This document shows, one piece after another, positions 50,100-60,308 of a stretch of DNA of 64,000 bases (position 1 is the stretch's first letter; the number at the start of each line of letters is the position of its first letter). Origin of the DNA: a virus (Duplodnaviria > Caudoviricetes); IMG/VR virus record IMGVR_UViG_3300021255_005861, positions 1 through 64,000 of that record, one strand, 5' to 3'. The notes beneath the pieces were generated by a model, which was given only the letters and a program-made list of their open reading frames with translations, made no database searches and was not told where the DNA came from. A program made the translations under genes and the position numbers.

Positions 50100-50420
50100 T
50101 CATGCGTCGTCCCACGTGATGCAGAAGTAGTTCTCGCCTTCCTTGGCGCCCCACTCGGGGCGGCCAGTACCGATGCGGACGCGCGGGTTCTTGAACGTGA
50201 GCCTGCGCTCGGTGTCGTCTGCCTTCGGGTAGCCAAGGGTGAATACGAGGCGGTCGTACCGTTGGAAACCTTCGTAGACCGTTGACAGGTTTGTCTTGAG
50301 CACTATATTCCGTAGCCTCTTTTTCCAGTACGGCTTGATTTCCCTATACTCTTCTCTCTTGACCCCGGCCTTGATAAGGTCGAACCACGGCTTTTTCAGC
50401 GATAACGTGAGCGTTTTCAT
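50100..50420 (-). CDS. ASCH-domain protein
   Basis: LSLKKPWFDLIKAGVKREEYR. Confidence 0.85.
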   Translation of the reverse strand: MKTLTLSLKKPWFDLIKAGVKREEYREIKPYWKKRLRNIVLKTNLSTVYEGFQRYDRLVFTLGYPKADDTERRLTFKNPRVRIGTGRPEWGAKEGENYFCITWDDA

Positions 50421-52777
50421 TTTGCTTGTTCCTTGTTGATGTGCTTCGCGATGATGTCCGCGACGCTTTCGAAGTTTGCGCGTGTCGCCACGCACCTGGA
50501 GCTGCCGCGAACTCCAGTACGCCCGACGTACACCTTGAACTTCCGGGGTCCCTGCGCCTCCGACTGGCTTACCGACCAGCTAAATTCGCCAAGATTGCCG
50601 TAGAAGCATCCCGGAGCCCCGTTTTCCTCTTTTGTAGCCATTTCGATTTCTGTAGCGTTTACCATTTTCTCATGCTCCCTCTACAACCTCGTACGTATCC
50701 ACGGGCAGCAGGCGCAGGAAACCCCACGTACCCGAAATGCCGCCCATGTCGTCGATGCTGGTCACTACGCCTTCCTTGCCGACGAGTTTTCGCTCGGACG
50801 GGGGCAGCGTGCCGTCCGCGTCCGGGGCGAACCCCAGTATCCTAATCCTGTCGCCTACCTTCACCATCTGCTAATCCTCTAGTTAACATGTGCCTACAAT
50901 ATAACTAATCCTCCACGGAATAGTGCGAATGTAAGAAATAAGTAATAACTTACTTGCCCCCCAAGGCATCATACGTCTTCTCGGAGATGGCGGCGTCCAC
51001 CATCCACGGCTCAAGCTCGTTGTCGTTGAGCATCGTCTTGCCGTCCGCGTCGAGCCTGAAATAATGGAAGTATCCGCCCGCCGGATCACACTCGGGGTTT
51101 GTGAGTTTCACGATGGTGGGGCGGGCAGCGAGTCTTTGCCGGTCCTCGTATGCGGCCTTCTTCGCCCTCCTCGCCTTCTCGCAGTACTCGTCGCGTTGGC
51201 ACCTGCCGAACGTTTCCGTACCGGGAGTGCAGGTGTCCGGGTTGTAGACGTGCTTCCCGTCCAGCATAGGGGTATTGCCTACCACGGCGTTGAGGCGGGA
51301 CATCGTGTCCGCGGAGAGCCATTTGCCAACCTTGTTCGAGGCACCCGAGCTGTCGCCGTTGCTTGTGAAAGGCTCCGGCATGTTGCATCCGTACACGGCC
51401 ACTACGTCCATCGTTCCCCGCTTGAGCCAGTCACGGAAGCTGCCCGTACCCTTCTCCACGGACTTGTACCCGAAGGCGCCGAGACGCTTCAGTTCCATGT
51501 ATTCCTCGGGCGTGCAGGTTACAAGTTGCCCGTCAATCATTATTTCCATTTTCGTGTTCCTTTGCCATCTCTATGACGACGTTCATGCCGGTTTTTAGCG
51601 ATTCCACAAAATAAGGGATGAGCAAGTCCCCCAGTTCGTCCACGTCCTTCTGCTTGAGCACCGCTCCCCTTATCATGCAGAAGTTGCGCAGGCGGTATAC
51701 CAGCTCGTTGAGCGGGTCGTCCAGGCGGGACAGGGCATCGGTTGCGCGTTCCTCTAGGTCCATGCGTTATATCCTCAAGTTGTTCAGCAGTAGCGTAAGT
51801 CCGATATAGAGTTCCCGCAATTCCCGGTTTGCATGCAAGGTAGTAATGTGGGAGACGGACGTGTCCACTTCGTACGCCCCGTGGTCGTATGTCGTTCCTA
51901 TGCGGTCCTCTCCGTCAGGTACGGCCACGGAGTCGGAGCCCAGCGTCACGGCATAGTTGTCGGGGATACTGGCGAGGAAGGCCTTGAGGTCGCCCACGGT
52001 GCGGATCTCGGGGGATGCTTCGGTAGGAGGGTTGCGTAGGGCATCTACCTTCTGCTTCAGGCTTTCCAGAGTTTCCCCGAACTTTGTTGGGTCATCAAGC
52101 CCTATGGAGGCGATGTTCTTGTAGTCGGAGTCCTCTGCCCGTAATACCATGTTGTTTTCGTCATTCTCACGTACGATGAAGTCCAATCGGTATTTTATTC
52201 CGGGCTCGCTGGAGAAATATGCTTCCACCCATTTGGGGCGTTCTTCCTCGTAGTTGATATAGTCCTTATCAAAAGCGATTATCGTAACTGTAGCCACTGG
52301 GAAATAGGTTGCAAAGAACTTTTCGATTAGCCTATGGACCTCGAGACCATCATAGCAATCCATAAGGTCCGAAGAATCATCAATTCCGTGCTTGATGTGG
52401 TAATAGATGGCCTTGCAGATTTCCGGTTCCTTCTCGCACTTATCGAACTCCTCCTGCACCGCCTGCTCCAAAATAGCGTAGTCCTCGGGCGGGAGGGGCT
52501 TTTGGGAGGCTACGAACCTGTCGGCGAAGTTATGCAGGATGGTTACGTGCTTCTGCTCGGGGGTCGTTCTTCTCGTTATCACGGGGTCTATGACCGCACC
52601 AGTCGGTTCCTCTACGTAGATATAGTCCACGTCGGCGTGAGTTTCCATATCCCTGCGTGGAATCTTGCCGAGGTCGAGCACCCCGCATATCTCAAGTGCG
52701 GCCTGGATGTTCTCCGCCTGCACCATGTTCAAGTGGCGTCCCGTGTGGTCGGACGTGCCTATTACGTAGTTGCGCAT
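50417..52777 (-). CDS. hypothetical genes 50417-50665, 50670-50867 (SH3-like), 50950-51549, 51533-51763, 51767-52777
   Basis: packed ORFs with RBSs. Confidence 0.6.
50865..50942 (-). promoter_or_regulatory. phage promoter motif copy (minus strand)
   Basis: CTTACA 50935-50930, N24, GTTATATT 50905-50898, then GAGGATTAGCAGATG. Confidence 0.75.
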
Positions 52778-52890
52778 TGGTTGCTCCTGTAGTTTGGAAT
52801 TTCAATATAGCAGGCGGGCAAAATGTAACGGAAAATTTACAATTACGGAGTATGCCAAATAAGTTATATTTAGGGAAAAAGGAATTTTCT

Positions 52891-53256
52891 ATGAAGATTA
52901 CAGTACGCGAAAACCGCAAGTCCGAGTCTTGGGGCGAGATCGCCGACCTGCTCCGCGGCAGGGGCTACACGCCCGACGACGAATCGAAGATACTGTGCGC
53001 CTACCTTTCACTCAAGACCGGGATAGACACGCCCGACGAGGTAACCGTCATCGCCAGGTACTACGAGGACGGGGCGGAGCTCGCTACCGAGGTAGTGGCC
53101 GGGTCATACGACACTAGCGATAGCGCCCTGTACAGCACGTTCATCGCCAGCGAGGAGCGGGGCGTGGACGCGAAGCAGGCGCAGCAGTGCCTGAGAAACG
53201 CGGAGAAGGCCGCCGGTTTGTACGTCCGTGCACTGCAGGAGATCAAGAATGGCTAG
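52891..53256 (+). CDS. putative internal head protein
   Basis: N-terminal MKITVRENRKSES. Confidence 0.6.
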   Translation: MKITVRENRKSESWGEIADLLRGRGYTPDDESKILCAYLSLKTGIDTPDEVTVIARYYEDGAELATEVVAGSYDTSDSALYSTFIASEERGVDAKQAQQCLRNAEKAAGLYVRALQEIKNG

Positions 53257-53809
53257 AGAATTTACATCCCTGGACGACATCAAGTCCGCTATAGAGAAGA
53301 TGGGCTTCAAGATCGGCGACGTATGGTACGACGGGAACAAATCCCGTCCCGTGTTTGTCTGCTCCCGCGAGGGACTGCCGCATGACATCGAGGTGTGGGC
53401 GGAGTCCCCCAAGTACGTCAACGGCGTCACCATCAAGGACGTGTCAGCCCGTGACTTCGACATGGTGGACGGCGGAGAGGACGCAGTAGGTTTGAAAAAG
53501 GCAATCAGAAAGGCGCTCGCGTACATGGGCGCAAAGGAAAGCAATATGCAATGCTCTATGCTGAAGAAGAAGGAATCCCTCGCCCGCAAGAATGAGGGGT
53601 TGAACAAGGATGACAAGGAAACCCTGTCCGTGCTGGCGCTCCGCGATGGGGTCCTGGACAAGGTATGGAAGGTCCTGGACGAAGCGGCGGACAAGGCCGC
53701 CACGGAACTCGCCAACGCGAGCGACGTGGAATGGGAAGACGCCTATGTTGCGGCGGCAAAGATGCTGCTCGGGGCTGTACAGAAGGACGGCGCTCGCCGT
53801 CTTCGCTAA
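53249..53809 (+). CDS. two-module hypothetical protein
   Basis: internal KES...KKKESLARKNE linker. Confidence 0.6.
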   Translation: MAREFTSLDDIKSAIEKMGFKIGDVWYDGNKSRPVFVCSREGLPHDIEVWAESPKYVNGVTIKDVSARDFDMVDGGEDAVGLKKAIRKALAYMGAKESNMQCSMLKKKESLARKNEGLNKDDKETLSVLALRDGVLDKVWKVLDEAADKAATELANASDVEWEDAYVAAAKMLLGAVQKDGARRLR

Positions 53810-53820
53810 CGGGGGACAAT

Positions 53821-54801
53821 ATGAAGATTACCGTCAAGGAAGCCAAGATATACACGGCTGACGACTTCAAGGCCGCCGCCGAGGAGGAGCGCTTCAAGAA
53901 TCGCGCCGAGATATGGGCGGACCAGTTTAACGCCCATGCCGAGTACATCGGCCTGAAGGACCGCGCCCACGTCGAGAAGGACATCCACGGGTGTGACAGC
54001 GTCGTGTGGGACTACGGCTACATCGTGGCGAAGGACCCGTTCGGCGACAAGTGGCAGGTCCGCTTCGGCGACAACGCGTACACGATGGCGAATACCAAGG
54101 TTACACCCTACGTGTACAGGCAGATGGACTCCATGACCGGGTTCAAGGGCGAGTCCCGCAAGTCGGAGCGCGTGGACTTCGGTGCACGCACTATCTCCAT
54201 CCCCATTGGCACGTTCCATTCCTACGACCTCGCCCAAGATGTAGCGAACCGGATCACCTCCGCCTGCGATTACATCGAGGCGGACGCCCGCCAGCAGGGA
54301 CATCGCACGGACGAGTGGGTAACCGTGCTGACATTTGAGCCCAAGTACTTCCGTGACTTCAAGTCCTACTACACCGAGAACTACGACTCCTACTGCTATA
54401 TGGTCACGTCCACGATGGACGACTTCATCCGCCCGGATGAACTGGAAGTCCGCGCGTACAAGAGTGAGTCTCGCAAGAACGAGGCGTCCGACAGCATCCG
54501 CGTCTATGACGAGGACTTGATGGTTGAACTGACCTCCGTGGAACGCTACGACGACCGCTTTACCGATGTCCCCGTCGTGGGCGACAAGTTCGACCTGTTG
54601 GAGTTCCGCGACCTCGTAGAAGGCCTCGCAGAGACCAGCAACGGCTATCCGGACATCTCCCGTGACGGCAGCGAACTCCGCGTGGCCATCGAGGTCGCGC
54701 AGGGCGACGGCGACGAGTACCGCGAGGAACTCGTGCTCCGTGGAACGGTGCGCGTCATGCACGCCGCGCTGGAACAGGTTGTCGAGTACCTCGAAGGTTA
54801 A
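53821..54801 (+). CDS. three-module putative internal head protein
   Basis: MKITVKEA; linkers GESRKSE and SESRKNEA. Confidence 0.65.
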   Translation: MKITVKEAKIYTADDFKAAAEEERFKNRAEIWADQFNAHAEYIGLKDRAHVEKDIHGCDSVVWDYGYIVAKDPFGDKWQVRFGDNAYTMANTKVTPYVYRQMDSMTGFKGESRKSERVDFGARTISIPIGTFHSYDLAQDVANRITSACDYIEADARQQGHRTDEWVTVLTFEPKYFRDFKSYYTENYDSYCYMVTSTMDDFIRPDELEVRAYKSESRKNEASDSIRVYDEDLMVELTSVERYDDRFTDVPVVGDKFDLLEFRDLVEGLAETSNGYPDISRDGSELRVAIEVAQGDGDEYREELVLRGTVRVMHAALEQVVEYLEG

Positions 54802-54828
54802 TTGTTCCTATCACTCAAATGATGAGTC

Positions 54829-54857
54829 CTCTCCCCCTGCACTGGGGGAGAGTTTTT
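54829..54857 (+). terminator. intrinsic terminator
   Basis: CTCTCCCCC-TGCACT-GGGGGAGAG-TTTTT. Confidence 0.85.
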
Positions 54858-54942
54858 CTTATATCTTTCTTACATTTGTGCTTTCCCACGGAATATTGGT
54901 TATATTTGTGGCATCAACTAAAAACTAGAGGATAGCACAATG
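54858..54942 (+). promoter_or_regulatory. phage promoter/leader motif copy 4
   Basis: CTTACA 54869-54874, N24, GTTATATT 54899-54906, GAGGATAGCACAATG 54928-54942. Confidence 0.8.
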
Positions 54943-55094
54943 AACAAGATTTGCCTGAACTGCCGTAACTGCGGGCGTGTAGAAACCCGCCAGGGATGGG
55001 GCGGGGACGAGTGGTGGCACGTGTGCAGGGCCGATTCGTCCGAGCGCCGCACCGTAGCGACCTGCGAGAAGTGGGTAGCGAAGGAGGTCTAGCG

Positions 55095-55454
55095 ATGGAA
55101 TATACGAGCATCAAGTCCATGAGGGAGGCGATGGCCGCCCAGATCGTGGCGAAGCCGGAGAAGACCATCCGGGCGCTCATCACTATCTACAACGCGCAGA
55201 CCGCGGACGAGAAGTCCTCCCGTGCCGTGAACACGCACAACGGGGTGGGATTCACGCCCACCGACGCGGGCATCCTCTCGGGGATAGCCCGTCACGTCCT
55301 CGCCGGGAGGAAGGTGACCGATAAGCAGATGGACGCGGTTCGCTCCCGTATCGCCAAGTACGCGGGGCAGCTCGTTCGGCAGTCCCTTGCCCGCGGGCTT
55401 ATCCGCAAGGTAGGGAAGGTGTATTTGTACGGAAGGGCACTGGAGGGCGTATGA
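55095..55454 (+). CDS. conserved phage hypothetical protein
   Basis: RALITIYNAQTADE...HNGVGFT..DA..KYAGQL. Confidence 0.75.
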   Translation: MEYTSIKSMREAMAAQIVAKPEKTIRALITIYNAQTADEKSSRAVNTHNGVGFTPTDAGILSGIARHVLAGRKVTDKQMDAVRSRIAKYAGQLVRQSLARGLIRKVGKVYLYGRALEGV

Positions 55455-55714
55455 AAATCAGGCCAGCAGGTTCGTTCTTTTCCATAGATGAGGCTATGCG
55501 CCGTGTCCGCGAGGTGCACACCCGCCAGGAACTGGAGGGCGTGCTCCGCGACTGGAACGGGGACGTCTTCGACCTCTCTACGCTCCAGTTCCGTTATTAC
55601 TGCGAGGATAGGCGCATCGGATGGCATACGTATCTGCTCACGGCGGATTACGCCAACTGGCAGTACAAACAGCAGGCGGTGGCGTTCGCCGACTTGCCCC
55701 TGGAGGAACTATGA
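55451..55714 (+). CDS. hypothetical protein, paralog of the N-terminal half of 42060-42620
   Basis: M.IRPAGSFF...RIGWHTYL.TAD. Confidence 0.7.
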   Translation: MKIRPAGSFFSIDEAMRRVREVHTRQELEGVLRDWNGDVFDLSTLQFRYYCEDRRIGWHTYLLTADYANWQYKQQAVAFADLPLEEL

Positions 55715-56781
55715 TGCATCAGGAATTTGCGAAGGCCGTGATGGCCGAATGGAACCTTGAGTCGGGGCAGATGGCGCAGTCGTGCTACTGCCAGTGGTAC
55801 CACTACACCGCCAAGATAGACGGCAGACGCCACATTATCGGTGAGTACACCCTGCGGGACGGGCGTGCCGTGTTCATCGTGTACCATCGGAACGGGTCCG
55901 AGAACGTCTACGACGTTGGATAACCGATGTTCTCAGAAACGGCGTGTCGGTGCGGGAGGCGTGGCGTGCCCCGTTCCTACGGGCGAGTAGGGGGATACGT
56001 GCCTAAATTTCTTTGATTTCGCCACCTGCCCGGTTTGCCAATGTTCTCAAAAACTATGCATTTTGCCCCATTGCTATATTGAACCTTGGCGGGAACGGAC
56101 AAATCAACCTCCGTTTCAACAAGCGAAAATAACCACGTTCCCGCCACAAGTCTACGGCACGCGGATAAACCGAAATCCCTGTAAACATGCGGTCCGCGTG
56201 CCAACAGGGATTTCCCGGAGCGGTTTTCAGTTCATCCCCACTCCGGGACTAGCGCAGGGCCTCCTCCTGTTGGGCCCAGTTGTCGCCAGCCGTGGGCGGG
56301 CGCGCGTCACGGCAGTCGTTCCCGGCGACTATAACCTCGGGAGACATTGCGCGGGGGCGGTGCATGCATCGTTTGCTACCTCTTGTATGTGTGTCCTCAA
56401 CGACCTCCCCCGCGCACCCCTTATGGGCGCCCCCGCGGCACATCTTGCCGAAACACCTATAACACGAGCGGTGGCGCCCGCCCCATTGGGGGGGTGGAAC
56501 GCATCCCAGGTCTGACCAGGACTATTTTTGTTCATTGCGTTCCGCCACCTCTTGATTTTCATACATATCCCATTAAAGCCACCTGAAATCGGGTGGCCTT
56601 TCCTGCGTTTTGGGGAGAAACTTACAAAAAACATATTTTTTTCTTACTTTTTTCTAAAAATGTTGTTATATTAGGTGTCAATGGGAAGGCAATTCCGCCT
56701 TACGTGCATCGAAATACCCTTGTAGGAGAGCGGGTGGTCCGCTTACCAAGTGCACAATACCCTATCAAGGAGAGCATAACT

Positions 56782-57240
56782 ATGCTTAAACCGCGATTCA
56801 AGAAGATCCGTGAGAATGACGGCGTGGTGGAAGTGGACGGCGTGAAGCTGGACGCGGAATCCGCTGAAGTCGTTTTCGCTGACAAGGACAAGGACATCCA
56901 GGTCGTTGTTTCCAACGACCCGGAAAACGACAACACCGCCGTCGTGGCCGTGCTGACCAACTCCAAGGAAGAGGTCGAGGACGAACAGGTTCTCGGTTCC
57001 GCATCCGTGGAAACGGAAGGCGAAGGCGAAGGCGACAAGGAAGAGAAGTGCAAGGAAGCACGCCGCGAGGCGTTCCGCAAGCGCCTCGAAGCCCGTCGCG
57101 CAGCCCGCAAGACCGACGAGCGCCGTGAAGCGTTCCGCAAGCGCCTCGAAGCCCGCAAGGCCGCGAAGCAGACCGAATCCAAGGCCAAGGCCATCGAAGA
57201 GGCCCGCGCCAAGTTCCGTTCCAAAATCAAAAAGGCTTAA
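56782..57240 (+). CDS. probable prohead scaffold/core protein
   Basis: directly upstream of the capsid gene; repeated ERREAFRKRLEAR helix. Confidence 0.65.
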   Translation: MLKPRFKKIRENDGVVEVDGVKLDAESAEVVFADKDKDIQVVVSNDPENDNTAVVAVLTNSKEEVEDEQVLGSASVETEGEGEGDKEEKCKEARREAFRKRLEARRAARKTDERREAFRKRLEARKAAKQTESKAKAIEEARAKFRSKIKKA

Positions 57241-57257
57241 TCCGGAGGACTCACACA

Positions 57258-58898
57258 ATGAATACTTCCATGGAAAAATACACTAACGAGAAGTACGACC
57301 GCCAGGTCGAAGCCTACGAAGCCCGCTACGGCAAGCGTTTCGAGGCCCTCGCCAAGTCGAACTCTTTCAAGGGTCGTCTCTCCAAGAACGACATCTACAA
57401 CCTCGGCGCTCAGTTCGATACGTTCAAGCGCTACGAGAACTACGTCGCTGAAAACGGTGGCTCCGCCTCCGCTCTCGGCGCTCTCCCGCGTGTCGCCCTC
57501 GACGTGATCAGCGCTTCCTACGCGCTGTCCATCGCCCCGCAGCTCGCCTCCATCCAGACCCTCAACGACGCCCAGGGCATCATCTACTTCAAGAAGGTGT
57601 TCACCCACGGCTACCCGCTGACGGCTGTGGACGGCCTGCCGGCACTCCCGGAAGACCGCTGGATGGACGCCGACGGCAACGTCGCCGGCCAGCAGACCTT
57701 CAACGGCGCGTGGAAGAAGTGGCTTGACGCCCAGGCTCGCCCGAGCTCCGGCGCATCTGACACCCTTACCCCGACCACCATCAATGCCAAGAACTTCGAC
57801 GCCATCACGATGAACGCCTTCAAGGGCTGGCAGTCCTCCCCGACCGCCTATATCAGCGAGCGCCAGTTCGCCGCCATCACCACCACGACCACGACCATCA
57901 AGAACGCCATCGGCGCCCTCCGCTGGAATGTCCCGATGAACGTCCGCCTCGTTGACGGCAACGGCAACGTGACCGACGTGGTCGGCGTGTGCGCAGGCCC
58001 CGGCCAGCTCCCGACCTTCTACGGCTCCGTGTCCGTGACCGCCTCTCAGAGCAGCGGTGACCTCGTCATCACTACTCCGGCTGGCTACACCGGCATCATG
58101 AGCTACGACGTGGACTTCGAGAAGGCCCCGGACGTCCCGGCTGTCGAGTTCGGCCTGGACAGCAAGATCGTTTCCGCCGAAATCATCGGCGTGAAGGAAC
58201 TGCTCGGCACCTTCAAGTCCTTCCAGTTCAACAAGCGCTTCGGCAAGGCCGCCTCGGACGAAGTCCTGGCTGACCTCTCCGGCCACATGGCTATGGCAGA
58301 AAGCGAAAAGGTCCTCGCGGCCCTCAGCTCTTCCGCCTCCAAGTGGAAGCCGGTGACCTGGGGCATGAACAAGTCCGGTGCGATTTCGGAATTCGAACAT
58401 CGCCAGAGCCTGCTCTACGCCATCCAGGAAGCGAGCGCCGCCATCGCCGCCCGCGCTGGCAAGGGCTACGCCAACAAGCTGGTCTGCGGCTACGTGTCCG
58501 CCCAGTACGTTGCCTCCCTTCCGGGCTTCCGTCCGGCACCGAAGACCAACCTCGTCGGTCCTCACGTGTTCGGTACGCTCGAGAATGAAGGCATTACCGT
58601 TATCCGCTCCAACACCATCGTCGCCCCGAACGAGATCATCTGCGCCTACAGCGCCGACAACAGCCCGTTCGAAGCCCCGGTCGTGTGCGCTACCTACATG
58701 CCCGTGTTCGTCACGAACACCATGCCGGTCGCCGAGAACCCGTTCCAGTCCCAGCAAGCTATCGCCTCCTGGAAGGCCATCACGCCGATCGTGGACGAGT
58801 TCGTGCAGCGCATCGTCCTCGTGAAGAACGAGACGGAAGCCGACGTGAACGTGTTCCTCACCGGTACACCGCACGCTGGCAGCGGTTCCAACGGCTAA
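57258..58898 (+). CDS. major capsid protein (T4 gp23-like)
   Basis: IASIQTLNDAQGIIYF, A...CATYMPV motifs; 546 aa; strongest codon bias; strong RBS and terminator. Confidence 0.88.
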   Translation: MNTSMEKYTNEKYDRQVEAYEARYGKRFEALAKSNSFKGRLSKNDIYNLGAQFDTFKRYENYVAENGGSASALGALPRVALDVISASYALSIAPQLASIQTLNDAQGIIYFKKVFTHGYPLTAVDGLPALPEDRWMDADGNVAGQQTFNGAWKKWLDAQARPSSGASDTLTPTTINAKNFDAITMNAFKGWQSSPTAYISERQFAAITTTTTTIKNAIGALRWNVPMNVRLVDGNGNVTDVVGVCAGPGQLPTFYGSVSVTASQSSGDLVITTPAGYTGIMSYDVDFEKAPDVPAVEFGLDSKIVSAEIIGVKELLGTFKSFQFNKRFGKAASDEVLADLSGHMAMAESEKVLAALSSSASKWKPVTWGMNKSGAISEFEHRQSLLYAIQEASAAIAARAGKGYANKLVCGYVSAQYVASLPGFRPAPKTNLVGPHVFGTLENEGITVIRSNTIVAPNEIICAYSADNSPFEAPVVCATYMPVFVTNTMPVAENPFQSQQAIASWKAITPIVDEFVQRIVLVKNETEADVNVFLTGTPHAGSGSNG

Positions 58899-58921
58899 GA
58901 ACTCCTAATCCAGGGTTAAGA

Positions 58922-58956
58922 CAGTCCCCCCGCCTCGGCGAGGGGCTGTTTTTTTT
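58922..58956 (+). terminator. intrinsic terminator after the capsid gene
   Basis: CAGTCCCC..CGCC-TC-GGCG..GGGGCTG followed by T8. Confidence 0.8.
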
Positions 58957-59264
58957 GCTTTACAAAATGCGGGCGGCGGGCGATAACATATTTGTGTGGG
59001 GGCGAACCCGGCGGCCCGCAAGTGCCGGGACAACATACTGCAAGGATAGAATCATGAGTTATGATGCACGTGCCGCCGAGTACGTCCTGCGGCTTCTCTT
59101 CAAGGGGGCGAAGGACGCCGAGGCGTTCCGCAAGAGGACGCAGGGCTAGCACCCCTGCTTTTTTCTTATTTTTTTTTCTTTTCCCGTGTAACATTTACTT
59201 TGACTTTTATTATATTTCTAGTAACGATTTTATATGGGACATCTTGTTCCCGAAGGAATACCAT

Positions 59265-59765
59265 ATGGCAATCAAGATCCACGTCAACGAATCTACCAAC
59301 AACGGCCTCGTGAAGGCCCTTTCCGAAGGCCTGGAACGCCTTGTGGGCAAGCTCCAAGAAGAATTTCCGCTTCTCGACGACCACGGCCAAGAATACGGCG
59401 TCGCCATCAGCGGTAGCGACCCGAAGGTAAACCCCGTGACGTCGTCCCGCTGGTACGACGCGGACAAGGCCGATGTCGTGGAGGTGGTGTCCGACGTGTT
59501 CGCCCGCAACATGGGCGGCGATGTCCTTGATTCCAACGTGACGTACAACGTGCGCTTCGAGACTGCCGGCGGGGACGAGTTCTTCGCCCGCGTCAAGGTG
59601 TTTACTGACGCAGGAGACGAGGACATCCTCGGGCTCGACCGTATCCGCTTCGACGGCGACGTGGATTACGCCGTGGACGTAATAAGCAAGCGCATCGTAG
59701 AGGACCTGGACGAGCGCATCCCGGACAATTCCGCAATCCGCGATTACACCGGCAGGAAGAAATGA
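59265..59765 (+). CDS. putative internal head protein
   Basis: MAIKIHVNES; C-terminal DVDYAVDVI shared with the next gene. Confidence 0.6.
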   Translation: MAIKIHVNESTNNGLVKALSEGLERLVGKLQEEFPLLDDHGQEYGVAISGSDPKVNPVTSSRWYDADKADVVEVVSDVFARNMGGDVLDSNVTYNVRFETAGGDEFFARVKVFTDAGDEDILGLDRIRFDGDVDYAVDVISKRIVEDLDERIPDNSAIRDYTGRKK

Positions 59766-60292
59766 TTATCCATGTAAGAGAGCACAGGAACGAGTCCGCC
59801 GGCGACAGTCTGGCGGAAGCCCTGAAGAAGGCGCTCCCCAAGGTGGAGTCCGAGGTCGCCTCCCGCATCAAGCCCGTCGCGGGCAACGGCGACTGGTGGT
59901 TGAACTGCGAGGTGTCCGGCACGCTGGACGAGCGTGTCACCGAAACCGACGACCCCGAGTACTACGACCTCGACTTGTACGAGCCCGAGGACGGCGAGAG
60001 CAAGGTGGTCGCACCCGAGTTGCGCTACTACCTCTCTGTGTACCCCGGATACTACGACGACGATGGCAAGTACAAGGGCGACTGGAACCTGGACACGGTA
60101 GAGTTCCTGGTGGACATCGAGGTATGCCCCGCAGGCGAGGACTTCCACGTGGAGGTCAAGTACTGGAAGGGCGACAGCCCGATGCGGAAGATCTTCTCCC
60201 TTTCGTTCAACCCGTCCGACGTGGACTACGGGGTGGAACGCATTATTGAAGCCATCTTGGACGAATTGACTGGAATGGGTCTTTCCGACTAG
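59762..60292 (+). CDS. putative internal head protein
   Basis: MIIHVREHRNES; DVDYGVERI. Confidence 0.6.
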   Translation: MIIHVREHRNESAGDSLAEALKKALPKVESEVASRIKPVAGNGDWWLNCEVSGTLDERVTETDDPEYYDLDLYEPEDGESKVVAPELRYYLSVYPGYYDDDGKYKGDWNLDTVEFLVDIEVCPAGEDFHVEVKYWKGDSPMRKIFSLSFNPSDVDYGVERIIEAILDELTGMGLSD

Positions 60293-60308
60293 ACAAGGAA
60301 ACATTATT

